The notes: generated by a model from the sequence alone, not told the origin. Counted from the first letter of the stretch, positions 1-9,063 are shown. The stretch: 35,687 nucleotides of DNA from a virus (IMGVR_UViG_3300020045_013145:1-35687); one strand, 5' to 3'. Translations and numbers: made by a program.

Positions 1-387
1 AAAAAACTTCCAAGCTACGTATAGGCTTTAAACTCGCCCCACGTCCTTTGTTTTGAAGCAGATTATACCATCTCATGTATATATTCTGAGTTTTCGCTTT
101 GGTTTGCAAATGCAAATGAGGTTGATAATCTAGAAGATTTGGGGGTTATTGGTGATGTATTGCGTGGCTGCTCTTTGATGTTAGACCAAAGGCTTATAGA
201 GGCTGGGGTCGAAATAGAGTCTGCCGCAGAGTTAATAAAAGATTGACATAATATTAAGGAGACAGCATGAGCATCAAAGTGAGTAATGATGTAAAAACTC
301 AGAATATATACATGAGATGGTATAATCTGCTTCAAAACAAAGGACGTGGGGCGAGTTTAAAGCCTATACGTAGCTTGGAAGTTTTTT
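1..387. repeat. 94 bp perfect inverted repeat (1-94 = reverse complement of 294-387); probable fold-back chimera at contig start
   Basis: Direct base-by-base comparison; the junction at 94/95 truncates an open + frame that ends near 246. Confidence 0.9.
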
Positions 388-473
388 CGTTAGAGGAAAT
401 ACACGAATTAATTTGGTTGCTTCATGAGAGATTGAAAAGCGTAGATAGGGGTAATGATGCAAAAAATAATTGA
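267..473 (+). CDS. hypothetical protein
   Basis: AAGGAG RBS upstream; overlaps next gene. Confidence 0.7.
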   Translation: MSIKVSNDVKTQNIYMRWYNLLQNKGRGASLKPIRSLEVFSLEEIHELIWLLHERLKSVDRGNDAKNN

Positions 474-642
474 TTACATGGTGGTTTGGGCTTCCACTTT
501 AGATGACCTTGCCGCTCAAGTTAAAAGCAATTTTCCAGAATGGCAGCCGTTTGGCGGAATGCATAGCGAAATGTTTTTTGAAAACAATGAAAGACAGTGC
601 AAGTTACTACAGCCGATGGTGAAATATGAAAAAACTAACTAA
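454..642 (+). CDS. DUF1737-like small phage protein
   Basis: Y..V....L...V.....W.P.GG ... Q.MVKYE pattern. Confidence 0.6.
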   Translation: MMQKIIDYMVVWASTLDDLAAQVKSNFPEWQPFGGMHSEMFFENNERQCKLLQPMVKYEKTN

Positions 643-985
643 AGAGCAGCGTGACCATATTTTAAATCTTATGGAAAATAAATCTATAGGTTTGACTTTG
701 TCTGCTGAAAGAGGGCGTGAGGGCGCTTATATTCGCTATGATGATATAGAGTTGCTGTTGGATAAATGCACTGAAAAAGAGTTTCCTAAGTTTGAAACAA
801 AAACTGAGCATGATGGTTTTATAGAGATAACCCAATTACAACGAGCTGATTTAATCGATGTGTGTGTTAATTATAAAGGCGTAAGTGGCGCTATTGTTTG
901 TAGCGCATTAAGATTTGATCAGTTCAAACAATTCACAGAAGGCTGTAACAAAATCGTAGAATGGATAGATGAACAGGAGGAATAA
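626..985 (+). CDS. hypothetical protein
   Basis: Tightly packed ORF in + operon. Confidence 0.7.
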   Translation: MKKLTKEQRDHILNLMENKSIGLTLSAERGREGAYIRYDDIELLLDKCTEKEFPKFETKTEHDGFIEITQLQRADLIDVCVNYKGVSGAIVCSALRFDQFKQFTEGCNKIVEWIDEQEE

Positions 986-987
986 TT

Positions 988-1203
988 ATGCCACCACCAA
1001 ATCACGGTAATACACCTTATGCATTATTGGTAAATTTCCATAGAAATGAGTCTCCATCCCCTAGCTCATTGCCGGCGGCTTCTGAATGGGTGGAGGTTCC
1101 AAATCCGAATTCAAAAACATTATGGGAAAAGTTCTTGGAAAATTGTAAATGCGAGTGCGCTGGGGATAGAAGCAGCGAAACACCCAAATGCGTAATTAGT
1201 TAA
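988..1203 (+). CDS. hypothetical protein
   Basis: AGGAG RBS; operon packing. Confidence 0.6.
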   Translation: MPPPNHGNTPYALLVNFHRNESPSPSSLPAASEWVEVPNPNSKTLWEKFLENCKCECAGDRSSETPKCVIS

Positions 1204-1212
1204 GGAATAAAA

Positions 1213-1443
1213 ATGAGTATAAATTTAAACGCATTTGCCACAGAGGCAAAGCGAACACATAGGGTTTTGAATGCATATTGCGATTTATATAATGTTATTG
1301 GTATTCTTCAGGGCTATGCTTGTGTTCTGGGGGCAATAGACCGTCCGTATCTAGAGTTGATGATGGACGGATTGAAAGAATGCTCTCAAATTCTTGAACA
1401 AGTAGGTGCAACATTTAGGGCGGAATATGACAATTGCAATTAA
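1213..1443 (+). CDS. hypothetical protein
   Basis: AAGGA RBS; operon packing. Confidence 0.65.
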   Translation: MSINLNAFATEAKRTHRVLNAYCDLYNVIGILQGYACVLGAIDRPYLELMMDGLKECSQILEQVGATFRAEYDNCN

Positions 1444-1969
1444 TTGGATTACTGCTAAACGAAAAATATCTGAGCTTAAAGATTATGATCGCAACCCTCG
1501 CAAGCTTGGCAAAGAAGAATTTAAAAAACTAGTGGAGAGTCTTAAAGAAGATGGGTACCATAATAGGATTGCTATTAATCTTGATAATGTCATTTTGGGT
1601 GGCCATCAGCGAAAGAAAGCTTTACTTGCTGCTGGATGGAAGCCAGATGACGAAATTGAGGTTCTCGTGCCTGATAAACTATTGGTTGGCGATGAGTTTG
1701 ATCGTATTAACATCCGTGATAATCTGCCTTACGGTTCATTTGACTTTGATATCTTAGCAAATAATTTTGACGCTACTCAGCTGATAGAGTGGGGCATGCC
1801 AGCTGAATGGTTGCCTGTAAATAGCGAGTCTGAAGAAGAAGGTATTGATAATCAAGAAGTTAAAAGCGTATTTAATGTTACGGTTGAATGCGAGGACGAA
1901 TCAGATCAAGAAGCTGTGTTTAAACTCATGCAATCCAAAGGCTATAAGTGCAAGGTATCTAGCATATGA
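1406..1969 (+). CDS. ParB/Srx N-terminal domain protein (likely start 1427)
   Basis: ISELKDYDRNPR...LVESLKEDG...ILGGHQR...DN motifs of phage ParB-like proteins; short C-terminal domain (V.CE.E.DQ). Confidence 0.85.
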   Translation: MQHLGRNMTIAINWITAKRKISELKDYDRNPRKLGKEEFKKLVESLKEDGYHNRIAINLDNVILGGHQRKKALLAAGWKPDDEIEVLVPDKLLVGDEFDRINIRDNLPYGSFDFDILANNFDATQLIEWGMPAEWLPVNSESEEEGIDNQEVKSVFNVTVECEDESDQEAVFKLMQSKGYKCKVSSI

Positions 1970-3033
1970 CAGATGTAAATATCCAATTAACTTGCGAATT
2001 CAAAGAAAGCTTTCGTAATAGTAAAGTAATAGGCATGTTTGATTTGCCAGCAAAGCAGAAAATAACTAGAAACATTATCGCGCACTTGCCAATTGATAGT
2101 TTTGACTGGCAAATAGGATTAATTATAGGCGCTTCTGGCTCTGGCAAAACTACACTTGCTAAACATTTATTTGGAGATGCTTTTCATAAAGGCTTTACCT
2201 GGTCGCCCGAAAATAGCTTGTTAGATGATTTTGACTCAGAACTAGGAGTCAAAGAAATAGTAAATGCTTTATCGCACGTTGGCTTAAGCTCTCCTCCTAG
2301 CTGGCTTTTGTCATACGATAAATTATCTAATGGGCAGCAATTTAGAGCAGAGCTTGCTAGATTGTTAGTTGATAAAAAATCTTTAGTTGTATTTGATGAG
2401 TTTACTAGTGTTGTAGATAGAAGTGTTGCAAAAATAGGGTGCGCCGCAGTTAGCAAAGCCATTAGACAAACGGACAAACAGTTCGTTGCAGTTTCTTGTC
2501 ACGATGACATAACAGAATGGTTGGCACCAGATTGGATCTATGATATGACTAAATCTGAATTTAAACGGGTGTTTCTTAGGCGGCCAGATATCAAACTTGA
2601 CGTATTCAAAATCCCTAGAAAATATTGGTACATTTTTAAGCACTATCACTATTTAGGAGAAGACATAAGCGATGCTGCACAATGTTATATGGCTTTGTTT
2701 GAGAGGAAGCCCGTAGCCTTTTGCTCTTTTATACATTTTCCGCACCCAAGAGCTAAAAATATTAAGCGTGAACATCGAACAGTAGTTTTGCCAGATTTTC
2801 AGGGCGTGGGCATTGGGGTTAAGTTTAGTGAATATGTGGCGCAGCTATGCATAGATGATGGCTATAGATTTATATCGACTACTTCTAACCCTGCTTTGAT
2901 TCATGCTAGAGCGAAGTCAAGGCTTTGGAAGATGACAAAAGAGCCTGGATTTGTAAGCGCACCTGGTAAAAAGGCTGCAATTAAAAATGTCTCTCAATCA
3001 AGATTGACTGCATCATTTGAATATTACGGGTAA
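1966..3033 (+). CDS. ABC-type ATPase fused to GNAT (Mom-like) acetyltransferase
   Basis: Walker A GASGSGKT, signature LSNGQ, Walker B VVFDE, H-loop; C-terminal HHY(L) region and acetyl-CoA motif VLPDFQGVGIG. Confidence 0.85.
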   Translation: MTDVNIQLTCEFKESFRNSKVIGMFDLPAKQKITRNIIAHLPIDSFDWQIGLIIGASGSGKTTLAKHLFGDAFHKGFTWSPENSLLDDFDSELGVKEIVNALSHVGLSSPPSWLLSYDKLSNGQQFRAELARLLVDKKSLVVFDEFTSVVDRSVAKIGCAAVSKAIRQTDKQFVAVSCHDDITEWLAPDWIYDMTKSEFKRVFLRRPDIKLDVFKIPRKYWYIFKHYHYLGEDISDAAQCYMALFERKPVAFCSFIHFPHPRAKNIKREHRTVVLPDFQGVGIGVKFSEYVAQLCIDDGYRFISTTSNPALIHARAKSRLWKMTKEPGFVSAPGKKAAIKNVSQSRLTASFEYYG

Positions 3034-3481
3034 AAAGGAGTGTAAATTGAAAGCATATGTAGTAACCACTGGCAGCTATAGCGATTATACTATCGACTCT
3101 ATATTCTCTACTAAAGAAAAAGCAGAAGCATATAAAGACTTGTATTCGCGTTCTGACGAATACGATGCTTCGGATGTTAACGATATAGAAGAGTATGAGA
3201 TAGACGACCCGGAAAAATGTTGGGCACTAAAAAGTCAAAAAATATCCCATTATCGTATAAAATTAAATCTTGATTTTACCATTGTATCACTTAAAAAATT
3301 TACTGTAATACAAAAACAAAATAACATCCCTAGAATTAGAGAGACTCGCAAAAGAAAAGAATTTGAAATCCAGTGTTATGCAGAGAACATTAACAAAGCA
3401 GTTAAAATTGCGGCTGACATATTAACTCAATACTTAATAGAAACGCCTGGTTACAAAATCAAAGAATCCCATGAAGTATAA
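3017..3481 (+). CDS. hypothetical phage protein
   Basis: YVVT.G.YSDY.I..IFST.EKAE N-terminal motif common in phage ORFs. Confidence 0.7.
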   Translation: MNITGKKECKLKAYVVTTGSYSDYTIDSIFSTKEKAEAYKDLYSRSDEYDASDVNDIEEYEIDDPEKCWALKSQKISHYRIKLNLDFTIVSLKKFTVIQKQNNIPRIRETRKRKEFEIQCYAENINKAVKIAADILTQYLIETPGYKIKESHEV

Positions 3482-3818
3482 AACCATAGAAGACATCTAT
3501 TCTAAAATACCACACATTCATTGCAAGCAGAAATGCCAGCAAGCTTGTGGCCCTATCATGATGTCGGATTTTGAACAAAGGGCTATAAATGCTATTTATG
3601 GTGAAACTGACCTTAGCTTAGAGTCAGCAATGGAGCGTAAATGCTTAACGTGTCCAAAGCTTGTTAAAGATAAATGTAGTATCTATGAGCATAGACCATT
3701 GGTGTGTCGATTATTTGGCGTAGTTAAAGAAATGAGATGCCCATGGGGGTGTAGCCCAAAGAGATGGCTAAAACGAGAAGAAGTGCGAGAATTAATTAAA
3801 GCAGCGGAGAGTTTATGA
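3471..3818 (+). CDS. YkgJ/CxxCxxCC-like Zn or Fe-S cluster protein
   Basis: C...C..AC, CP.L...CSIYEHRPLVCRLF motif. Confidence 0.75.
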   Translation: MKYKTIEDIYSKIPHIHCKQKCQQACGPIMMSDFEQRAINAIYGETDLSLESAMERKCLTCPKLVKDKCSIYEHRPLVCRLFGVVKEMRCPWGCSPKRWLKREEVRELIKAAESL

Positions 3819-3988
3819 AACTAGAAGAAATAAGCAAAAAATCTATAAAACTTAGAGATTATATTTTTGATGTAATTGAAAAGTTCGGCAAAGAGAATGA
3901 CATCCCAGAACATTTGCAGCTTGCAACCATCGTGGCCATGGGGAAAATGATAGAGCGTCAGATAGAAAAAAAGGCGAATGAAAAATGA
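3815..3988 (+). CDS. hypothetical protein, 57 aa (not in ORF track)
   Basis: GGAG RBS; ATGA overlaps at both ends; MKLEEISKKS...KANEK. Confidence 0.65.
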   Translation: MKLEEISKKSIKLRDYIFDVIEKFGKENDIPEHLQLATIVAMGKMIERQIEKKANEK

Positions 3989-4314
3989 ATGAGCTAAAGC
4001 CATGCCCATACTGCGGCGATAAATGCGTAATGACTTTTGAAAAAGGTGAATTTAAACTTCGATGCTATAGCTGTCATGCAAAAATGGAATGGTTCACTAA
4101 TGAAGATGAAGCTATCGAAGCATGGAACAAAAGAGATTGCAATTGCGATGAGCTTTCATATTTTGAAGGTGGCGTTGAATTAGCCTCTTCCGTTATTGAA
4201 AGATATCAGCGCACAATAGAGCAGGCGATTGGCAAAGAAAGCGCAGCATATGCGCTACTTAAAGGTTTGTTAGATGAAATTGAAACAAAATTAAATCATG
4301 CGATAAATCCATGA
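3985..4314 (+). CDS. lar: Lar-family (restriction alleviation) zinc-finger protein with C-terminal extension
   Basis: LKPCPYCG...C..C...EAIEAWNKR. Confidence 0.75.
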   Translation: MNELKPCPYCGDKCVMTFEKGEFKLRCYSCHAKMEWFTNEDEAIEAWNKRDCNCDELSYFEGGVELASSVIERYQRTIEQAIGKESAAYALLKGLLDEIETKLNHAINP

Positions 4315-4562
4315 TTGACGATGATGTTGAAGAAATAATTACAGAGCTGCAAAGCTCTAAAGAGCAAACTAAAGAAGAGGTGCGAGCGGAGGCTTTTGGA
4401 TTAGGGCAAGCATTTGGCTATGAAGATGCGATCGCATTTCTGGAGGATGAGCTTGTTTCGTTACGTGAACAAACAATAGAGGGCGGCATCAATAAAGATT
4501 TTCTAAAGGGAGTAGATTACGCAATTCAAATGCTGTTTGAAAATCTAAGAGGTGAGTTATGA
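4311..4562 (+). CDS. acidic hypothetical protein
   Basis: ATGA overlaps; operon packing. Confidence 0.7.
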   Translation: MIDDDVEEIITELQSSKEQTKEEVRAEAFGLGQAFGYEDAIAFLEDELVSLREQTIEGGINKDFLKGVDYAIQMLFENLRGEL

Positions 4563-4735
4563 ATAAATTAGCACACTGCCCATTTTGCGGTTATAGCGCC
4601 CATAGAGAAAGTGTCCGTGATTGGCTTTTATGGGGTAGGAAATATTGGTATATAGAGTGTAATTATTGTTTTGCCACCACTAATTTTTGCAAAACTTTAA
4701 CAGAAGCCGAGGCGGCATGGAATGAGCGCACGTGA
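4559..4735 (+). CDS. lar: Lar-family zinc-finger protein, 58 aa (not in ORF track)
   Basis: GAGGTG RBS; MNKLAHCPFCG...IECNYC...EAEAAWNERT. Confidence 0.75.
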   Translation: MNKLAHCPFCGYSAHRESVRDWLLWGRKYWYIECNYCFATTNFCKTLTEAEAAWNERT

Positions 4736-4917
4736 ATAAAGAATTAAAACCTTGTCCGTTTTGCGGCAAAAAAGTAGCAAAATATATAGAAGATACTTTG
4801 CCCAATGGGCATCCTGTTTGTTATGTGGAATGCCAATATTGTCTGGCTAGAAGTCAACCATTTGTTGTAAATTATACACCTGACATGGTTAAGCGAGAAT
4901 GGAACAAACGAGTATGA
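4732..4917 (+). CDS. lar: Lar-family zinc-finger protein
   Basis: LKPCPFCG...VECQYC...WNKR. Confidence 0.75.
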   Translation: MNKELKPCPFCGKKVAKYIEDTLPNGHPVCYVECQYCLARSQPFVVNYTPDMVKREWNKRV

Positions 4918-5237
4918 AATTCCCAGAAAAATATAGAACCCTTCATGGGCTAGATGGTGGCATGTATAGCATTCCCTTTGAAGGACGAGAGCTAAAAATA
5001 ATTGCATCAAGCGGTTTAGAATGGGAACATGTTTCAGTATCGCTTAAAAATAGATGCCCTAATTGGCGTGAGATGTGCTTTGTAAAAGATTACTTTTGGG
5101 ATCCAGATGAAGTCGTTATGCAGCTTCACCCAGCTAAAAGTGAGTACGTGAACATGCACCCCTATTGTCTGCATCTATGGAAGCCAATTGACTTAGATAT
5201 TCCTACCCCTCCATCAATACTCGTAGGATTTAAATAA
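4899..5237 (+). CDS. conserved phage protein (likely start 4914)
   Basis: WEHVSVS..RCP.W.EMC.VK..FW..HP...YVN.H..CLHLW motif, widespread in phages; function unknown. Confidence 0.75.
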   Translation: MEQTSMKFPEKYRTLHGLDGGMYSIPFEGRELKIIASSGLEWEHVSVSLKNRCPNWREMCFVKDYFWDPDEVVMQLHPAKSEYVNMHPYCLHLWKPIDLDIPTPPSILVGFK

Positions 5238-5238
5238 A

Positions 5239-5442
5239 ATGCCTTATTACAACAACACGCTAGATAAGATAACCGAAGGATTGATAAAGGTGCTCGTAAT
5301 GCAACCAAGGCTTTCAGGCTATTGTGTAGAATCCATCGAGCTTTTTGATTGCGGTCATCAGTTAGGAATCGCTTTAATTGACCCAAAAACCAACACACGA
5401 ACTAGTATTCGATTTGAAATAAATCCCTGCACTCCAATATAA
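5239..5442 (+). CDS. hypothetical protein
   Basis: Operon packing. Confidence 0.55.
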   Translation: MPYYNNTLDKITEGLIKVLVMQPRLSGYCVESIELFDCGHQLGIALIDPKTNTRTSIRFEINPCTPI

Positions 5443-5448
5443 AAATGT

Positions 5449-5480
5449 TTGACAAATGTTATTAACATTGTTATTATAAT
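5449..5480 (+). promoter_or_regulatory. sigma70 promoter with overlapping operator-like palindrome
   Basis: TTGACA (5449-54), 17 bp, TG-n-TATTAT (-10 at 5472-77); palindrome AATGTTA-T-TAACATT at 5455-69 in the spacer. Confidence 0.75.
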
Positions 5481-5510
5481 AATACATGAGACATAACAAG
5501 AGGCATAAAC

Positions 5511-5855
5511 ATGAGTCAAGCAGCACAAATTCTACATTTAGTAAGTAATATCGAATTACCAGAGCATACCTTGGTTGCTAATAGCGCAGCAGTAACGCTT
5601 ATCAATGAAATTGATTTGTTAAAGAAGCAAGAAAAAGCTCTTAAAAAAGCGATAGAAGAAAAGATAGCCAAGGCTAAAGCATTGATGGGCAAAGCTGAGA
5701 CTTTGATAACCAAAGACGGTATAGAGCTAGCTACATGGAAATATAACAAAGATTCTGAAAGAGTTGATAGCAAGCGTTTAATGAATGAATACCCGTCGGT
5801 TTATAACCAGGTTGTTGAGTTGGTGTCGGGTAGTCGCGTGTTTTTGATTAAGTAG
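5511..5855 (+). CDS. protein resembling the coiled-coil/C-terminal part of YqaJ-like recombination proteins
   Basis: Coiled coil then ATWK...VDSKRL..EYP.VY...SRVF; no PD-(D/E)xK nuclease core. Confidence 0.55.
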   Translation: MSQAAQILHLVSNIELPEHTLVANSAAVTLINEIDLLKKQEKALKKAIEEKIAKAKALMGKAETLITKDGIELATWKYNKDSERVDSKRLMNEYPSVYNQVVELVSGSRVFLIK

Positions 5856-5864
5856 GGGAAAGCA

Positions 5865-6245
5865 ATGGGCTTAGATATTATGGTTGGTAGGGAAGAGATA
5901 TATAGACGATCATATATCAGTTTTGGATATTTTAGAGATGCAATTGCCAATGCTGCTGGCTATCCATTATATAGTCAATGGAGAATAAAGAGTGTACTGA
6001 GAGATCCAGAGGCCGAAAAACTTTGGCCTTTAGTAAAACAAGAATTGAAGGGGTCTCCATTGCGCATATTCCTATTACATAGTGACTGCGATGGCTATTT
6101 AGGAGTAAACACGCTTAAAAAAATGACACCAATTTTGGAATCTCTAATAGATAAAATAGAAGAAAAATATAAAGAAGAGTTGAAAGATTTATTAACCGGC
6201 ATAAACAAAGCTATTTCTTTAAATAAAAAATTGGAGTTTTGTTAA
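5865..6245 (+). CDS. conserved phage hypothetical protein
   Basis: MGLDI...SY..F..FR...FL.HSDCDG motif. Confidence 0.7.
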   Translation: MGLDIMVGREEIYRRSYISFGYFRDAIANAAGYPLYSQWRIKSVLRDPEAEKLWPLVKQELKGSPLRIFLLHSDCDGYLGVNTLKKMTPILESLIDKIEEKYKEELKDLLTGINKAISLNKKLEFC

Positions 6246-6437
6246 ATGAGTCATGTAGCAAATGATAAGATTATAGATAATATTTCAGATCAAGAAACGA
6301 CGATTTTAGAAGATATAGATCACCTTCAATATCTTCTAGAAGTCGCCAAAGTATGGTGCAATAACAGCATCACGCTTAAAGAAGCCTACAGACAAATAGA
6401 TGAACTAAAAATAAAGTTTGCAATAGTAGAGAATTAA
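6246..6437 (+). CDS. hypothetical protein
   Basis: Operon packing. Confidence 0.6.
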   Translation: MSHVANDKIIDNISDQETTILEDIDHLQYLLEVAKVWCNNSITLKEAYRQIDELKIKFAIVEN

Positions 6438-6562
6438 TAAGATGATAATAATCGCAACAGTAATATTAATATATGTAGGAATGACGTGCGGCAAAGGCTG
6501 GCTAATATGGTGCTTGCTGGGTGGCATGTTAGGAGCCGCTCTTGATAACAGCTAAGGTTAAT

Positions 6563-6742
6563 ATGAGAAAACAGGTTTATTCGATGGCTCTCGATCAACA
6601 ATTAGTCGAAGCCGTAGACGGGGCAGTACATTATTTTAAATACAAATCAAGAAGCGCATTTATTAATGCCGCTATTGAAAATTTATTGCAAGAATTACAC
6701 GAAACTTTATTAAAGGAGCAAAGTAAAATTGAAAATCAGTGA
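6563..6742 (+). CDS. ribbon-helix-helix (CopG/NikR-like) regulator
   Basis: YSMALDQQLVEAVD....YKSRSAFINAAIENLL; ATG at 6563 in frame with track ORF 6542. Confidence 0.7.
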   Translation: MRKQVYSMALDQQLVEAVDGAVHYFKYKSRSAFINAAIENLLQELHETLLKEQSKIENQ

Positions 6743-6950
6743 AGCAATAGCAGGGTTAGCTAATACTCTACGTGACAAAGGCGATATAGATGTATGGTTT
6801 TGCATAAGAGATACAAATGCAGCTACCAATCAATTAAAATCATTGCCGTTAATTAGCGGTGGATGGGTAAATAATAACGAAGGTTTCCCAGTGGCTTTTT
6901 TATCTCCTGAAAATTTAGAAGGTGTAGTAAATAATGATAAACAAGAGTGA
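6729..6950 (+). CDS. hypothetical protein
   Basis: AAGGAG RBS; MKISE.I..L......GD.DV motif. Confidence 0.65.
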   Translation: MKISEAIAGLANTLRDKGDIDVWFCIRDTNAATNQLKSLPLISGGWVNNNEGFPVAFLSPENLEGVVNNDKQE

Positions 6951-7533
6951 TTCCATTGCTAAACTTGCTCTGGCGCTCTCCCGTCTTCAGGGTGAGGTAA
7001 AAGATGTTGTAAAAGATACAGAAGCCTATAACTACAAATACGCAAAATTAGAGGGAGTGTTAGAAATAGCTCGTCCTCTATGTTTGAAGTATGAGTTCGC
7101 AGTAACGCAGCTATGCACTACTGCACATGAATTAAATATAGGCGTTACTACGATTCTAATGCATTCATCAGGTGAGTGGGTTGAGTCTACTTTAACAATG
7201 CCAATATCATCAGTTAAAAGCGCCAATCAAGCTCAAGGAGCTGGCTCTATAATAACGTATGCTAGACGCTATGCATTAGCAGCCATTCTAGGAATCACTC
7301 AAATAGATGACGACGCTTCTAACGCTCAAATACATGAAGTATTAGCTAAAAAACCTGCGCCCGTGACTTTAGATCCAGAACAACGCTATCTAACATTAAA
7401 ACAATTAATTGAAGATAAAAGACTACACGATAAAATACCTGCATGGTGTGAACACTTCAAAGTAGAGCAGTTAATAGATTTATCTGACGCACAAATGCAA
7501 TTACTTGCTAGCAAAATAAAGGAAATAAAATAA
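6934..7533 (+). CDS. erf: ERF-family single-strand annealing protein
   Basis: YKYAKL, TILMHSSGEWVES, Q..GS.ITYARRYAL.AILGI...DDDA. Confidence 0.9.
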   Translation: MINKSDSIAKLALALSRLQGEVKDVVKDTEAYNYKYAKLEGVLEIARPLCLKYEFAVTQLCTTAHELNIGVTTILMHSSGEWVESTLTMPISSVKSANQAQGAGSIITYARRYALAAILGITQIDDDASNAQIHEVLAKKPAPVTLDPEQRYLTLKQLIEDKRLHDKIPAWCEHFKVEQLIDLSDAQMQLLASKIKEIK

Positions 7534-7967
7534 TGACTGATAAATTGCTAACGCCTGGCAAAGGCAAGTTTTTAATTAAACGAGTAAAAACACACGATAA
7601 CGATGGCTGCGTTTTAGAAACTAGAAAAGGCGATCGAAAAGTCATGATTGTAATAGATGCAACAGACGCTAAAGGCCATAAAAGCACTGTGTTTGAACAT
7701 CTAACCATGAATGTAGCCTGGAAAGTAGAGCAAATCTGCAAAGCCTGTAACATGGGACATGTATTTAAATCTGACGCTGTATGTTTAGATAACCTAGACG
7801 AACTCGAAGGCTCAGTCGGAGATTGCATCATCGGTATATCCGAAGCTAATGGACAATGGCCAGAGAAAACAGTCATTACTAAATATGTAGTGCCAAAAGC
7901 ACCAAAAGCCACCGATACAACCGTTAGTGATTTTTTTGAAGAGATAGAAGATCAGATCCCATTTTGA
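7533..7967 (+). CDS. SSB-like (DUF669-type) protein
   Basis: Follows ERF; LLTPG..F.I N-terminus; acidic tail ending DQIPF. Confidence 0.65.
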   Translation: MTDKLLTPGKGKFLIKRVKTHDNDGCVLETRKGDRKVMIVIDATDAKGHKSTVFEHLTMNVAWKVEQICKACNMGHVFKSDAVCLDNLDELEGSVGDCIIGISEANGQWPEKTVITKYVVPKAPKATDTTVSDFFEEIEDQIPF

Positions 7968-7998
7968 GATAAAACTAACTAATATGGAAGTTTAAAGC

Positions 7999-8196
7999 AT
8001 GACGCAGGAAGAAATAGCTTATTTTAGGGCGAATGTTCGTCGAGCACTAGATCACATTTTTGCCGGGCAAAGTATTACAACAGCTACGGAATACTTTGCT
8101 ATATGGCAAGAAATTAAACGTGTGCTAGAAGAAGAATTTCATGTATTAGTTAACCATGAATGCAACGTGGAAGTTAAAAAAATTCGCGGTGAATAG
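7999..8196 (+). CDS. hypothetical protein
   Basis: Last + gene; abuts convergent - operon. Confidence 0.6.
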   Translation: MTQEEIAYFRANVRRALDHIFAGQSITTATEYFAIWQEIKRVLEEEFHVLVNHECNVEVKKIRGE

Positions 8197-8391
8197 CTAA
8201 GGCTCTTTGCTATCTGGGGTCAAATCAATGATTCCAGGTGGCAAGCCTAGCTGCTGCTCTATAACGCTTTCTGCAATCTCTTCTATATGGCTATCGTCTT
8301 TCTTGGTTGCAAATATAGATATCATTCCAATGATAACCGCTATAGCTACGATAACTACCACCTCAACAAAACCATTATTATTAGATTTCAT
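8197..8391 (-). CDS. single-TM membrane protein, possible lysis accessory
   Basis: N-terminal hydrophobic helix; IEE.AE.VI...IDLTP; downstream of endolysin-like gene. Confidence 0.55.
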   Translation of the reverse strand: MKSNNNGFVEVVVIVAIAVIIGMISIFATKKDDSHIEEIAESVIEQQLGLPPGIIDLTPDSKEP

Positions 8392-8554
8392 ATCAGATCC
8401 CCTGTTAGCTACTTAAAGTATAGAGCTAATTCAAGAATTATCTACCCAGGTTTTTATAGTGTCGCATGTCTCGCAATAAAATAACCAGTAATTTGGAGGG
8501 TTTCTAGTTGTTATATATTGAGGTGCAGGAGGGCTTAAGCATTTACACAAATCG

Positions 8555-9031
8555 TTATTCTGCGTTATGCTCGCCATATCTGTCGTATCTATTAATGAAT
8601 CTTTTAATATCTTTTTCATTGTTACGAGTATTATATATCTTTGCCCAGTATCGAGCCAGACCTTCAATATCGTCTGCTCCTGGAAGTGGCGCTGGGTTAT
8701 ACCAGTATTTTAGTCTGGCTAAAATGCATGCTAAGGCCATATTATTAATCAATTGATGTGGATCACTAGGCAGCGTAGCCATTCCTAAATATTTTAAAAC
8801 ACGCAGCATTAAATCTCTATCAGTTGAAAGTCTATGAATTAACCAGGTAAACGTAGGAGGCTCTATTTGCCATGGTGACAATGCCGGCCCTTCAATTTGA
8901 GCTAAATATTTAAATTCGCTTTCAACTAAACCTGTGCCAATTATTAAATTTTCAGATGCGCGTGACCATATCCGACAATATTTAAATGCTGGGCGAACTA
9001 AATATAGTCGCACATCCATGATACTAAGCAT
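8555..9031 (-). CDS. lysozyme/transglycosylase-like endolysin candidate
   Basis: GT..VES...YL.Q..GPAL..WQIEP.T...A.YW.K.YNT; lysozyme-fold ES and Q motifs; lies after tail genes. Confidence 0.65.
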   Translation of the reverse strand: MLSIMDVRLYLVRPAFKYCRIWSRASENLIIGTGLVESEFKYLAQIEGPALSPWQIEPPTFTWLIHRLSTDRDLMLRVLKYLGMATLPSDPHQLINNMALACILARLKYWYNPAPLPGADDIEGLARYWAKIYNTRNNEKDIKRFINRYDRYGEHNAE

Positions 9032-9063
9032 TTTAAAATCCTTTTAAAACTAACGATTTAAAA

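Noticed and set aside
1966-3033. ABC transporter
   Set aside because: No permease or TM partner; fused to a GNAT domain
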